This document shows, one piece after another, positions 11,620 to 27,282 of a stretch of DNA of 64,000 bases. Position numbers and translations under genes: made by a program. Origin of the DNA: Psammoneis japonica (Eukaryota); the NCBI GenBank assembly GCA_008632985.1, contig QPGO01000023.1:279266-343265 (forward strand). Direction: 5' to 3'. Position 1 is the first letter of the stretch; every line of letters starts with the position of its first letter. Under the pieces are notes generated by a model. The model did no database searches and was not told where the DNA came from. It saw only the letters and a program-made list of their open reading frames with translations.

Positions 11620-14600
11620 CGGCCCTATGGATTTTGCTGGATTCACCTCGACCTATTTTCGGTATTTGTTTTGGAAATCAACTCTTGGCCCTTGCTGCAG
11701 GAGCGAAAATGTACAAACGGAAGTATGGGAACTGTGGAATGAATCATCCTGCCATTGACTTGAGGACAGGTCGTTGCTACATTTCTCCTCAAAATCACGG
11801 TTTTGCCGTCGATGCAGATTCCTTCCCACCTATGTGGAAGCCCTTGGATCTCAACGCCAACGGCTTGACCAATGAGGGTTCAGTGTGCAGTTTCACCCAG
11901 ATGCCAGTGGTAGACCACTGGATACAGCCTTTCTGTTTGAGAAGTTTGTTCGTCACGTTCGCAACATTCCACAGCCCCTCATTTTGCAGGATAGTTTATC
12001 TTATCAACGCAAGTCCTACAAAAAGGTGCTGTTGGTTGGGAGTGGTGGCCTGAGCATTGGACAAGCCGGTGAATTCGACTATTCCGGCAGTCAGTGCATC
12101 AAGGCGCTGAAAGAGGAGTGTATTGAGGTTATTTTGATAAACCCAAACATTGCTACGGTACAAACATCTCAGGAAAAGACGGAATATACTACCCCGTCAG
12201 CCGACCGAGTCTACTTTCTGCCTATTCGCCCCTCTGTTGTGATGGATGTGATTCACAAGGAAAAGCCTGACGGCATTATTGTGTCCATGGGAGGACAAAC
12301 TGCTTTGAATGTCGGTGTCGAACTGTGGAACGCCGGCCTCCTTCAAAAAGCCGGGGTGGAACTGTTTGGTACACAGATACCCGAGATTGAGGCTACAGAA
12401 GATCGCGAAATTTTCAGCTCAAAGCTCAAGGAAATTGACGAAACCATCGCGCTGTCGTACAGTGCCAACAGCATTGAAGAAGCACTCGTGGCTGCCAACA
12501 AGATTGGATGTCCCGTATTGATTCGTGCAGCCTCTGCTCTCGGTGGTTTAGGATCCGGATTTGCCAGTAACGACCAAGAGCTGAAAGACCAACCAGCCAA
12601 GGCTTTTTCCAACAGCGCTCAAATCCTTATTGACCAGGAATCTGCGAGGTTGGAAGGAACTGGAATACGAATTCGTTCGGGACTCAAGCGACAACTGTAT
12701 CACAGTCTGTAACATGGAAAATTTTGACCCGTTAGGTATCCATACTGGTGATTCGATTGTTGTCGCCCCATCTCAGACGTTGTCAAACCGTGAATATTTT
12801 ATGCTAAGAGGGACCGCGATCAAGGTTGTCAGGCACTTGGGCATTGTCGGTGAATTCAATATTCAAAAAGTATTGCATCATTGAAGTCAATGCTCGGTTG
12901 TCCCGGTCCTCAGCTCTCGCTTCCAAGGCTACAGGATACCCTTTGGCGTACGTGGCGACTAAGTTATCGCTAGGAAAGGATCTCGTTCCTATTCGCAACT
13001 CGGTTACCAAGAATACAACGGCGTGCTTCGAGCCCAGCTTGGACTACTGCGTCCTAAAGATGCCTCGTTGGGATCTAAAGAAACTTTCTCGGGTAAGCAA
13101 CAAGCTTGGATCGTCCATATTAAGTGTGGGTGAAGTCATGGCGATTGGTAACCATTCGAGGAAGTACAGTAACACAGAAAGCTTGTCGCATGGTGAACCC
13201 GGCGCTTGACGGCTTAGACGGTCAAGATTCCAATCTCATCGACGACTCGGTTTCATTGGAAGCTCCGCTTAAAGAGCCGACTGATACTCGGTTGTTTGCG
13301 GTCCAAACTGCTCTCGAACTCGAATGGTCCTTCGAAAAGGTCCACGATCTCACTAAGAATGATCTTTGGTTCTTGAGCAAGCTCAAGAACATCGCTTCAA
13401 TGCGAAAGGCTTTCACTACTGGTGCCTCACACCCGCTCTCCGCTTTGAGCTTAGATCGCCCGCTATACCAACCTGTCGTCCAGTCTCCAAGGCGAGTGTG
13501 CTGTCCGCGAGAAGCGCAAGGCTCTGGGGTCACTCCTTGTATCAAACAGATCGACACCCTTGTCACTGAGTTCCCAGCTCAGACCAACTATCTATAAGTA
13601 ACGTACTCTGGGGATTGTGACGACGTCGAAGAGCCCCCTCACGGTGCTCACGTGACACCAGCCTACCGTTTCTCTGTCACTGAGCGCACGACGCTGAATA
13701 CTCCAGATTTCAAGCGCCGCGCTCGCGCCTTTTCCAATGCTTAAGTAGCACAATCGCTCAATGACGCGAAGAACCGTGGTGTATGGTGCTGGGTTGTGGT
13801 GCCACTTGCATTGGTTCGTCGGTGGAATTTGATTGGTGTGCAGTTTCATGTGTTCGCCAGCTCCGTCGCGATGGTTTCAAGAGCATCATTGTGAACTGCA
13901 ACCCCGAGACAGTCAGTACCGACTATGACGAAAGCGATCGTCTTTACTTCAAAGTACTTTGAAGAGTTGAGTCTGGAGCGCGTCATGGACATTTACGAAC
14001 CCGAAGGTGCAGCTGGCGTGGTTGTCCCGGTTGGAGGGCAGATCCCCAACAACTTGTCTGGTCCACTCGCTGAATGTGGAGCCATGATTTTTGGAACTGA
14101 CGCTTCTGACATTGAGCGCGCTGAAGACCGTAATCAGTTTTCCGACATGCTTGATAGTATGGGTATCAAGCAACATCCGTGGGCCGTATTGAAAACCAAT
14201 GAAGAAGCGATCGAGTTTGCAGACAAAGTGGAGTACCCTGTATTAGTCCGTCCTTTCTTTGTTCTCTCAGGTGCAACCATGCGTGTGGCAGCCGACGAGG
14301 TGCAGCTTCGCAACTTTCTAGATTTGGCCTCGGAAGTAGCCGCAGACAAACCAGTAGGTGTGACAAAGTTCATGTTGGAGGCGAAGGAAATTGAATTTGA
14401 CGCTGTCGCCATGCAGAGAACCATTTTGAACTACCATATGCAATTGGTGAGCATTTAGAAAATGCCGGTGTCCACAGTGGTGACGCGACTGTTATTCTTC
14501 CGGCCCAAAAACTTTACGTAAGCACGATTGATTCGTCAGGTCAAACGGTACGCGAGTGCCATTTCCAAAGCGTTACGCATCACTGGGCCTTTCAACATTC

Positions 14601-14655
14601 AGTTCATGGCCAAGGGAAACGAGGTGCAAGTCAGTGAATGAAACTTGCGAGCTCT
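11620..14655 (+). pseudogene. Carbamoyl-phosphate synthetase (fused GATase + synthetase), truncated with many frameshifts
   Basis: [99 protein letters not shown] and KEIEFDAV are spread over ORFs 11319, 11885, 12630, 12826, 13124 and 13925. The sequence ends abruptly at about 14655. Confidence 0.93.
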
Positions 14656-15530
14656 CCATGAAAAATAACTGGACAATCAGCAACCAGGTCAGGCGTGATT
14701 GCAACTATCGGGTATAGTAGAAGAGGATTCGGTGGACGTAACGAATGCCTCATTGAGCACCCCAGGCAAGGAAAGCATGCTAAAGAGAACTTATCTTAAA
14801 GAAAGAGAGCGGTGAGGAACAAAACAGAAACGACGGCATCAAAGCATGCAGTGAAATCGCAAGCGCTACGACCGTCATCGTAGTCTATTGACGTACGTAC
14901 GGAATTAACTTACACGCAAATAAAGATTGCTATCTTGTACTGTTAGTTTTTCTACTTCTATTGTAAAGGTTCAAAGCGTGTCTCAAAAAAAATTGAAACA
15001 CACCAAAGTCAAAAGCTATTGAAATCGGTCGCGTAGGATAACATTGCCTCAAGAGCGCCATCAGAAGATAGCGCTCAAGCTTTTTCCTATTTTCGGGGTG
15101 GATCAACATCCCAAAAAAAAAGAAAAAGGGGGGACGTACTACGGAGACAGCAAGAAAACTTGCGAGTCAACCGCGTTCTAAATCAACACTCCCTACGAGT
15201 GAAGACTTACCGTATCATGTCACTGACACGACAGAACCCCAAACCTGTGTTCCGTCAACGGTATGATCTGCTCGGCAAGCTTTTGCTGCTTCACAGACGA
15301 ACGCTGCTGTCTGTTTCAACAGCCGTGACCTGACGGGTCAAGCGAACAGGCAACTTCCTACGCTCAAAGACACGAGAGTGACATGGACTCAAGGCCGGAG
15401 AGACGCATTCGATTTGCCCCGACCTCCGGACTTAACTGGCAACACCTACGCCGCCGATTGAGAAAACACGCCATCAAACAAAATGATTTGTGGAATTCCA
15501 AACAAGAGCGAGCAATCTATTCCAGAAGAA

Positions 15531-15760
15531 GGGCGAGCCATCCTCGGCGATCGCGGCATTCGTTGCTTGGCAAACAACAAAGACATCGTGCGAGACGACG
15601 AGTTTAAAAAGAGAGACAACAAGCCATCAAGCACAATGAGTTGTGTGACTGCCAAACAAGAGAAGACTTTCTATTATCCACAGGAAGGGTGAGCCATCCT
15701 GGGCGATCGCCTGCGTTCCTGCTTGGCAAACAACAAACACATCGTGCGAGACGACGAGTT
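15531..15760. repeat. Local direct duplication of ~75 bp
   Basis: gagccatcct.ggcgatcgc...tgcttggcaaacaacaaa.acatcgtgcgagacgacgagtt at about 15535 and 15691. Confidence 0.8.
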
Positions 15761-16743
15761 GTGATCGAAAAAATCGAGCGCGATAACGAACAACTTCCGA
15801 GAGAGATTTTGGTTTGTGTCGTGACCGTTGCTGAATTTGTCAATCACTATTATTTTTGTGTACATCTGTAGAATTAATACCATGATTTCGTATGTAGAAG
15901 ATTCGTGGTAGTTCAGTACTTTCAAGAAATATTACTAATTCCTACGTACACTTTACGGTAACCGTCGAAAATGCAAAAGACTTGCCGAGCGACTGACTGA
16001 CGAAAAAATCTTCAAATTTCAAATTCACAATCCAAATCCAATTCCGCCCACAACCAACAAATCGAGAACAACAATGTATGTTGACATTTCTTTGTGCGCC
16101 TGTGTTTTGTCCACATTGATGGCATTTGGCTCTTGTGTGAATGAACTTGCCACAAACATGTTTTTCCACTTGTTGCGGGGCACACACACTGGTTTCACAC
16201 TGCAGTTGTGTCAGTGCTCTTGGCTTTGTTTGGTGTGCAGGTGCCTGGCTCTCATTGACATGGGCTGGACATCCTGCCAAAACAAAATGAGAGAGTGTCT
16301 CATGCTGCCGCAAGATGGAGCTTCTCTTGTTTTTGTTGTGGTGGAGGCTGGGCTGGCTCGTCTTCAACTTTCCACTGGCGCCCCTCAGCCAAACAAAAAT
16401 TGGAGCAATCAGGCTCTTGCCCCAGCATCTTGGTCCATCAGATCAAGCGTCAAGGCAAGCAGCACCCAACAAATCACACAATGTTGACAGGAGGCTGGCC
16501 AACATGGAGAACACACCACTCAACACTTTGGAGCAAAACGTGTTCTTTTTTTTGGAAGCGCACCTGCCTCGGGCTTGCCCGACAAGATGTGAGACACTCT
16601 GGGGCTTTTGCATGCCAACACACATGATGCTTTGTTTGTCACACATCATTTTGGTGCCATTTCATCAAGCTTGCTGCATGCAATGCACAAAGAGGACCAG
16701 CCATGCACAGACAAAGGAGTGCAGTTGCCAGCAACATGCTGCA

Positions 16744-16988
16744 GCAAATGCACCTCACAGCAAAAGTCATGCTTGTCATCACACTGTCATTGGATCAGTC
16801 AGCATTTGCACACTTGAGCCCCAAATGTTTCACGCAGATGGGGCTGATCACTTTGTGCAGCAAGCATGAGCAAATGCACCTCACAGCAAAAGTCATGTTT
16901 GTCAGCAGGCCGTCATCGGATCAGCCAGCAATCATTTTGCACACTTGAGCCCCCCAAATGTTTGATGCAGACATGGGGTTGATCACTT
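16744..16988. repeat. Diverged tandem duplication of ~125 bp
   Basis: gcaaatgcacctcacagcaaaagtcatg...tgcacacttgagcccc...tgatcactt occurs twice (16744 and 16870). Confidence 0.85.
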
Positions 16989-18439
16989 CACACAGCCACA
17001 TGCTTGTTGGAAGGCTTGATCCCAACTGCCTTGGTGTGCTGCTTGTGAGTGAGTCAGTCTGAGAAGAAAGAGGTTTTTGTGCAGTTGATGCAGTCATGAG
17101 AGTGAGAGGCTGGGGTTTGCACATGCATTTTGCCACCCTGTGCACATGTTTTTTGTGGAGTCTGGCATTGGAGCCATTTTTGCAATGCTGCTTTGGCTGG
17201 CTGTTTTGGAAGATTGTGGTGTTGGTGGCATCTTGCAACAGGGCTTTGACACCTCCCTGTCTCAGCATGTGGAATCCCTCTCAAATGGCACTGTTCAGTG
17301 CTTGCAGAGAGCAGGACCAGCACCACCCCCTCATTGAGGATGCCTGGAGCTGATTGGCAAAGAAAGAGTGCATGAGCCCATTGGGTGCCAATGGGTCACT
17401 CTCATTGCAGCAACAGTCATCCTCACATTTGCACTCCTGCACACTTCCAAGTGAGGTTTTTGCCACTTGTTGTTTGGTGACTTTGCAGCAATCACACAAA
17501 GCACTGTCTTGGCCTTGTCATTTGTCCTGCAAGTCATTGTGTTGTGTGATGCCCAATGACTTTGACATTTGATGGTCCATCTCTCTCATTTCAGTGGCTT
17601 TTGCACCAGTGTTGGGTTCCAAAGCATGTTGACTAAAGAGAAAAAAGCAGAAAAAGCAAACAAGGAATCTTGATTCATCATTTTTGAGAATTCTTCAATG
17701 AACAACTCATGGAAGATGCCCCACCGCTGCAGGACAATGTCGCCGCCAGCAGACGTGGAAGTGTCAGAGCCCAAAATGTGTTGGGGGCAGATCAAGGGGG
17801 GTCCAGTTGCATTGAAGATGAAATCACTGGAAACAAAATGACTCCAATCAAGACAGAGCCTGAAAAGCTGACAGCAAAAGTGGTCAAAGTGGGCCCATCA
17901 ATGGAGACTTTTTGCTTTGTGACACCACAGCTGAGGTCATTCTCATGTTGCTCATTGCTGCCCATCCCACATGAAAAAACTTTGGCCCAAGTTCAAAGAG
18001 TGAAGCTCCTGTTTTTGTCTCCTTCAACTGGGTGCTTGTCACTGCTGTGGCAGGGCAAGAGCTGGGGGGCACATGCAAAGCATGCACAAAAATGAGCCAG
18101 GAGTGTTGTCACAAAAAGGCTCATTGGCATCAACCAAAGATCAAAAGCTGCATGTGCCCTGCTCCCAAAGGCAATGAGTTTTATGACTCCAATCCTTGTG
18201 TGATTGACAAGGCACAACCAGAGGACTGCTGGCTTGTTTCAGTGGTGTGTCCACAAACTCTTTGGACATGCCGGTGCATGATGCTCTGGAAATGCCCTGG
18301 TCATTTGTTGATGTCATTGACATTTTTGGGTCTGTGGTGCAATGCAAAAATCTCCATGCAACAGAGGTCTCACAATTTCAACAGATTGCATTTATTTCAT
18401 TGAAGCACTTTTTGCACTTTGTCAGAGCCACACTGCTGG

Positions 18440-19285
18440 CTGATTGCCACAGCATTTGCCACCACACAAATCAATGCCTTCTTTCAGGGGACACTGTTCA
18501 GACAGTGCCACCTGATGCAACTTGTGCCCAGCTCATGGTCAAAGGCCTTGAATTTGTCAATGACATTGAGGATTTTGATGAGGAAGGTCTCAAGCAACCA
18601 TTTGAAAACATCAATGACATTGAGGATTTTGATGAGGAAGGTCTCAAGCAACCATTTGAAAACATCAAAAAGCCTTCACAGGAGGAAATGTCACTGATCC
18701 AAACCCTTGCACTTCTGCAGGTGCAGTTGTTCCAACCCCTGCTTCTGTTGTTCTTGGTGCCAAAAGTGCAGTGCACAGCTGAAGGCAGCTCTGCAAGATG
18801 CCAAGTGTTGTGGCACACTTGGCAGAGAGCTCACAGCAGCCAACATGCATTGGAGTCCTGTTCTCAAGAATTTCCGGAGATCTCGGAAGGCTCCACAGTG
18901 TGAGCAAGACAATGATCAAGTTGTCCCCAAGATGTCCAAGTCTCCACCTGTTGTGAAGTGGGCCAAAGCATTTTGTGACCACATGCAGTGCACTGTTGGT
19001 TCTCAGAACATCCCACTGTCATGCATTGTTTGTGAGGAGGTGGCTGTGCCTGCCACTGCTCCGGCTCTTGCTGCAAACCAGCCACACTCTGATGAGTGAG
19101 CATGGGCCCCTTGAGGAAGGAAGAGAGCTGGTTGCTTGCTCCAACCACGCTTTTGCACTGTTTCACAAGAAGGACAGCACCACTCCATGCCGCATGCACA
19201 CAAAGAGGCCACTTGTGATGCTGTCTGTGCAGCTTCCATCAAGCGCTTCCAGTGCCGCAAGGAGGGCAGGAGTGCCGGGATCACA
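18440..19285 (+). mobile_element. Ty1/copia (diatom CoDi-type) gag remnant, hypermutated
   Basis: LGRELTAANMHW, VPKMSKSPPVVKWAKAF, IPLSCIVCEEVAVPATAPALAANQPHSDE and EATCDAVCAASIKRFQCRKEGRSA match the CoDi gag pattern as I recall it (IPLAYVIRE...QPHSEEHGS...YAASIKPYQRRKDGR), with Y and R changed to C. Confidence 0.75.
18557..18668. repeat. Perfect 54-bp tandem duplication inside gag
   Basis: tcaatgacattgaggattttgatgaggaaggtctcaagcaaccatttgaaaaca x2, identical. Confidence 0.95.
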
Positions 19286-19976
19286 CTGATGCTAACAAAG
19301 CTCCAAAATCATGATGTTCGAGTTTCAAAGAGCTGTGGGAAACAACAAATGCATGGAAACTTACAGTTTCTCTCTGTGAACAAGTTGAGGGGAGTGCAAT
19401 TGGCTGGTCTGAATGCTTTGTTGTGTTCAAGTTTCCATTGTCCTGGAGGGGGTTCAAGTTGGCGAGGTGACTTTGGCGATTTGTGCAGAAAACACACTGA
19501 GTCCTGCGCACACAGAATCTGGCCCACTTTTGCACCCGCACCATCTTGAGAGGCAAAAACTGCTGCGAGCATGACCAGTGCACACTGCATTTTGGCAGAC
19601 GATGAAAGCAAGAGCTCATTTTCTTGTGCCACCTGCTCCGACAAAGAAGGCAAGCCACCCCGCGGAGGAGAACAACATCAGCACTGTCACTTCGGGCAGC
19701 AACAAAGATTCCAAAACCTTGGAGCTGCACATTCAACATGGAACCTCAAGGCAAAAGCCTTGCTGCCAAGGAGATGACTGCTGCATCTGTTCCAACAGAG
19801 GATGAAAGCAGGGATCCACCCCGCCACCGCCTTTGCAACAACATGACCTGGACGGTTCAAGCAGAAGATTCCCAACAAGCAACCCAGCTGGTCATCATGC
19901 CCCAAAGGATGATGCAAAAGTGGGAAGCGCTGGCACGATGCCAGCAGCGGTTTTTGTGGCAAGGTGGGAGGGAAAA

Positions 19977-20148
19977 TGAAATGAGTTCTGAAAATGTGAG
20001 AATGAAGAAGCACACCTCGTCTCTCCAGAGAACGTTTTTATTTGTTTTCATTTTTCATTGTGAATTGCTCTGGTTTTTGGGTTGACAACAGCAGGTCGAA
20101 TGGTGTCAACACAAAATCGATGATGCTCATTTTCAGCGGCGACGGCCA
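19977..20148 (+). repeat. LTR-like dispersed repeat, copy 1 (TG...CA, preceded by a purine tract)
   Basis: Homologous to 62190-62347 (aatgaagaa.caca, ttgacaacagcaggtc, atgctcattttc.gcggcgacggcca). Preceded by the PPT-like tract aaggtgggagggaaaa and located downstream of the copia gag. Confidence 0.6.
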
Positions 20149-21764
20149 TTGTTGCAGGTGCTCCGTGTTGATGATGTTTGTGTGTTTGTGGTGGGGAGCG
20201 AGAAACGGCCGTTTCCACGCAACGTGCGTGTTGCTCACTACGATGCTGTGCAAGCGCCTGTGCTCCAATGTGAGCACTGGTGCTGCGCTCCCAACTGCGC
20301 GCTGTGTGTTTTGACAAAACACACGTAGGGCCCCATACAAGCAAAGACAAGTCTTGAATCTATGATGACTTTTATATTTTAATCAATTCTGAAAAGGTTG
20401 GGTAATGGCACTGTCTTTTGCAATCTTCAGGACACAATAAATCTGAATGCATGATGGCCTGTGCTCCTGATGTGAGCACTGGTGCTGCGCCCAACTGCGC
20501 GCTGCCGCTGTCTTTTCACACGATGCAATTGTGCAAGCGCCTGTGCTCCTGATGTGAGCACTGGAAACTAACTAACTCAAAGCCAGCTGGATAACATCTT
20601 TGCGATCGCTACAGTTTTCTAAAAAGAAAAATGGACTGTCCATTAGCCAACATAGAAAATTTCTTCAAGCATGTGTTCTTATCATGCCCGAAAATCACAA
20701 GGTGCAATCAACATCACAGCTCTGCCTGCAAGGCATGGCTAGTTGCTCGGCTGCATCGAACCCAAACGTGCGCGACCAACTAGCCCTACCCCGGCTAACT
20801 CAATAAAAATTGATTCTGTATAATGCAAACACACTCTAGCTAGAGTAGAATGTGTGTGTCCAGATCAAATTTGCCAGCAAGCCTCATCCCATGCTGTACA
20901 ATAAACACACCGTCCTAGCATAGAGAATAGTGCGTCGCTCAATCCCGTGTTGCGCTACCCAGAGTAGCTCTATTGAAATAATAATTGTCCAAGAGGTGCT
21001 AGGTATGAAAATCGCAAGGTCCAATCAGTGTTCTTAGCCGGATATACTGTAGTCGTAAAAGCAAAATTGTTGTTACTACAAGTGCCGCTAGAATGAAAAA
21101 AGTTGTTTGAACTTCAATAAGAGAGCGCACCTGGTCGCTCCATGTCTAATCTCAGTCTCCCCGAGTACCATAGTAGAGAGGGACATTGTGTTGCTATATA
21201 CTCTGCAAACGTGATTCTGGTAGGGCCAACATTCAAACTGGAAACGTTCCACCACCAGGCGACACTCCTTGTGGCACAGTGTATTTTTGTAAATTGGCTA
21301 GCTTCTCACACGGATGGCACTTGGTCGACAATCTGTTTGAGGATTACTCGTCGTAGGTTCTAGTAGTGCACAGCTCTCATTGAAACTCTAGAGTGTCCAA
21401 AAAGTACAGCAGTCCTACTACTGCATACCGCACGCTGTAAATGACGAACACCATCGTCAGCACCGGACGGAATCTAATATCAAACACGCATCGTTTCAAA
21501 ATACCCAAAAATGGACAAAGACCGTCTGAGCACGATCATTAAATTGCACCCACCCGTCCGCCTCCAGGCTCCTAAAGGAGTGTTTACTACCCCGTCATGG
21601 TGATGCAATTCGTCTCCTGCATTGGTAATTTCCACAAACTGCTGCACCACGTCCCACACAGCCATACGAGTGCCTCGCTTCTTTCAAGCACAATTCAGTA
21701 TGATAAAAGGAAGAATGAAAACGAGGAAAAGAGAAAACGGGATGAAAAGGATACACAGTCGTAA

Positions 21765-23900
<2,136 letters not shown>

Positions 23901-25307
23901 AACGGCAATACCAAGCATATTCTTCTATTATCTGAAGCTATTGTTTCCTTGTTCTCCATGGTAGCATCATTCTTGATTCTCCTCGGCTGTGTCGTTCATC
24001 CGTCAGTCGAATGAAGACCGGAATCCTCATTTTGTTCAACATCAGCTCGTTCACTAGAAGAATCATGAGCAGAGGAACCACTGGAGGAGTCGCTTGATGG
24101 GTTGCAAGTGCTTTTGATTTTGATATTGACAAAAGGACCCCGATTCTCCTCGTCAGCACTAGCAGAACTCGCAGGAACGGCATCGGTGCTTTCCTCGGTG
24201 GACGTGTCAGCAACAGCCTTTGCTTGGCTTTTCTTGGTGAATCTATTGTGCGTCCTTGTATTTTGGTTGAACTCTTCCTCTTCTTTTCATGATTCCTCTG
24301 CTTCTCGCTGCTTTGGGACAGCATGCGCTTGCGGGGTGCTTTATGACTGAAGCTTGCGCATCGCCTGTGTTGATGTTGGACGGTGTGCTCCACATTGCTC
24401 TTCACAGACCCCACCAAAGGCAAATACAAGACAGAATAAACCTAACACGACCATAAAGAAGAGATTCGATCAAAGAAGTGTGAGTAAAGAGACGAAAAGG
24501 ATGAATAAACATCAAAGTATGGGTCAGCGATAATCACAAAATGCCGACATGAGACCACACGAGTGCGACCGATATTTCTCTCCACAAAACAAACAGACAA
24601 CAAACACAAGACAGGGGATGATTTTCGTATCTATAATAAAGAGATAACAGCAATGGTACGCAACAAAGCAGGTGTATTGAACGAATAAACACCAAAGTAT
24701 GGATCGTGTCAATTCCATGCTTTTTGGTGTTTCTTGTCGATACGAGAGAACGATGTTTCTCGACACAGCCCCCACTCACAGCATACCCAAGACACAGAAA
24801 ACTTTTTGTGACTATTGTGAGTCGATACTAGCAAAGGTAGTCATCAGATGAAGTGAAATGAGCGAATAAACATCCGAGTATGGGTTTTGCCGCTCAGAAA
24901 TGGCTAAGACAAAAGCAAAAAGACCCATCTTTCGATTTCTACACAACCACAACACCGTTTCTCGCCAAACCAAGGACCTCACCTAACAATTCGACCTCCT
25001 AAAAGTAATATCCGTGTCTTCAATGAATGAAAACGATGAAGAATAGCTCAAACAAGGCCGAGTATGGGTCGGCGCAGCGTCATCTCCAAAAACACAACTT
25101 TTACGTTCCGAAAAAAAAAAGTCTCGCCGCGCTTAATCCCACGGATCGCGCGAAAAGCAATACCCCACGACCCACGACACTGCGTCAACGCGCGGCGATA
25201 ATGCTGGTCGATGTTGGTTCGATGTGCGGAAGGCGGAAGTTTGGTTATTGCTTACCTCTCGACTATTTCACCTACCGTATCATCCTCCACTTGCCCCAAA
25301 CAACAGA

Positions 25308-27282
25308 ATGAATATGCCGAAACAACCACCCGCAGATACTGTTATTCCTCGTAGAGATCGGAATCGATCGACGATCTCGACGATATCGCAAGGAGTGCGT
25401 CGATCCATTGTGTCTTTAGAGCAAAGTCTGCATTCGCACTTCGTGACAACAGTGGCACTTTGTACCAGTGTCTTGACCATGTTTTACATATTAATGAATT
25501 GCTTTCCTTATTCTGGATTCATGGCCATGTCGTTGGTACCCGGTCTGACGGAAGAAAGTGCCGGAACATATGCTGGTATCCTATCATCTTCCTTTATGAT
25601 TGGAAGAGCCTTTTCATCGTATCCATGGGGAAAGATTGCAGATTTATATGGACGAAAGTTCGTTCTGATTGTCAGCTTGATCAATTCTGCAATCTTTTCC
25701 ATTGCCTTTGGCTTTTCTCCTACCTTCTCATGGGCTGTCGCGAGTCGCTTTCTCATGGGAATTGGCAATGGCATCATGCTCATTGCACGAACATTAGCCT
25801 CGGAGCTGGCACGGGGAGACCATGAACTAGAATCTCGTAGTATGGGACTCATCATGTCCATGGTTGGGGTGCGTACAAAACGCGTGCTTGTTGTTTTTTT
25901 GTGCGTTTGTGTGTGTGTCACGATAGGGCCCGCTTGGGTTGACCGTGTGCGTATTCTCTCGCTTCTTTGTATTGCTCTTCGCTCATACGCATTCTGATCA
26001 TCTGCAACTAGTACGGAATGTTATTGGCTCCAGCTGTTGGTGGTGCATTATCAGAACCAATGACTCAGTACCCAGACGCGCATTGGTTCGGAGGACGGTT
26101 CGATGGTCTCCTTTCGCAGTTTCCTTTCATTCTTCCCAATCTCGTGGCGAGTGCTCTGTCGTTGATATCCTTGGTGATTGTTGTAGTGAGTATCGAAGAA
26201 ACTCTCCCACAAGAGAAACAACGACCTGTACGAAATGCTGTACCGGACTTGTGTCGACAGCTCGCTCGTTTGCCCGTGGCGCTGTGGAATTGGTTCAACA
26301 GCTTGATAGAACGTTCTGCGGTTCACAAGAATCTACCTTTGGCAACGACTACGTGTATGAACAAGTGAGTGCAACGACGTCATCCACCATTGAAAATGCC
26401 AGTGACGATGCAGACAGTGTGGAAGACGACTTGAGAATTCTCGAACAAAAGGAAGCTTCTGAAGTGACGACACTGCTATCGTCTCCTGCATCTCGGGCAT
26501 CTTACAATTCGGAAATGCATCGTCCATCTGTCATTTCTTCCAAGTCCAGAGAGTCTACCAAGAGTGCCACTGTCAAGTCATTACTAAGCAACAAGAGCAC
26601 CCGTGATTGTCTCGTGGCCTACTGGATGAATTGTTTTGTCAATGTTGCCTTGAATGAGTCCTTTCCACTCTTTTGCATGTCCAAAGAGGGCGGACTGGGT
26701 CTAACCGAATCGCAGATTGGAGGAATTGGCACTGCGTCTGGGTTTCTCTTTTGCATTTGTCAGTACTTTATCTTTTCCTACACGATGCAAAAGTTTGGAT
26801 TGCACAAGTCCCTCGTCGGTGCATCCTTTCTGAGCAATGCTCCTGCAATCTTGTTTCCCGTTTCGCTATTGCTTCATGGATGGACGGCTCTTGCGTTTCT
26901 CAGTATTCTCATGGCGGTACTCATGATTTTCAATAGCGTCTTTTATGCCAACATGACCATTGTTACCAACAAGACTGTCGAAGCATCGCATCGAGCTACA
27001 CTGAACGGCCTGTCGTCGGTTGGTGCAAGTGTCGGCAGAGGCTGTGGACCTCTTTTTGCTGGTTCGCTGGTGGCATTTTGTCTATCCTCGGGTGTCATTC
27101 CATTTCGATACGGAGCCATTGTTATTTACACTATCCTCACTGCCTTGGGATTGGTGGCATTTGGCTTTACACTTTGCTTGGAGGCAGAGCACAATGAAGA
27201 GGCAACAACAGCAGAGGGAAAGAAGGATGATGGGATTGAAATCGAAGGAATTAGTGTCGTTACGGAAAATGAAAAGGAGTAA
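25308..27282 (+). CDS. Major facilitator superfamily transporter (ZIFL/Tet-like)
   Basis: MFS motif A WGKIADLYGRK and many hydrophobic segments. Intron 25869-26011 (GTGCGT...CTAG) keeps frame. A second frame change near 26310-26420, in the central loop, needs either a short intron (e.g. 26365-26417) or a frameshift. Confidence 0.85.

Larger units (their letters stand above)
16080..20570. other. Hypermutated domain II
   Basis: Same near-absence of TA and excess of TG/CA as domain I. CpG is partly retained toward the right edge (19500-20330). Confidence 0.88.

Noticed and set aside
15940..20330. cctacgt (15941) / acgtagg (20323) as terminal inverted repeats enclosing domain II
   Set aside because: Only about 7 exact bp, no TSD found, and mutated sequence continues to about 20570.
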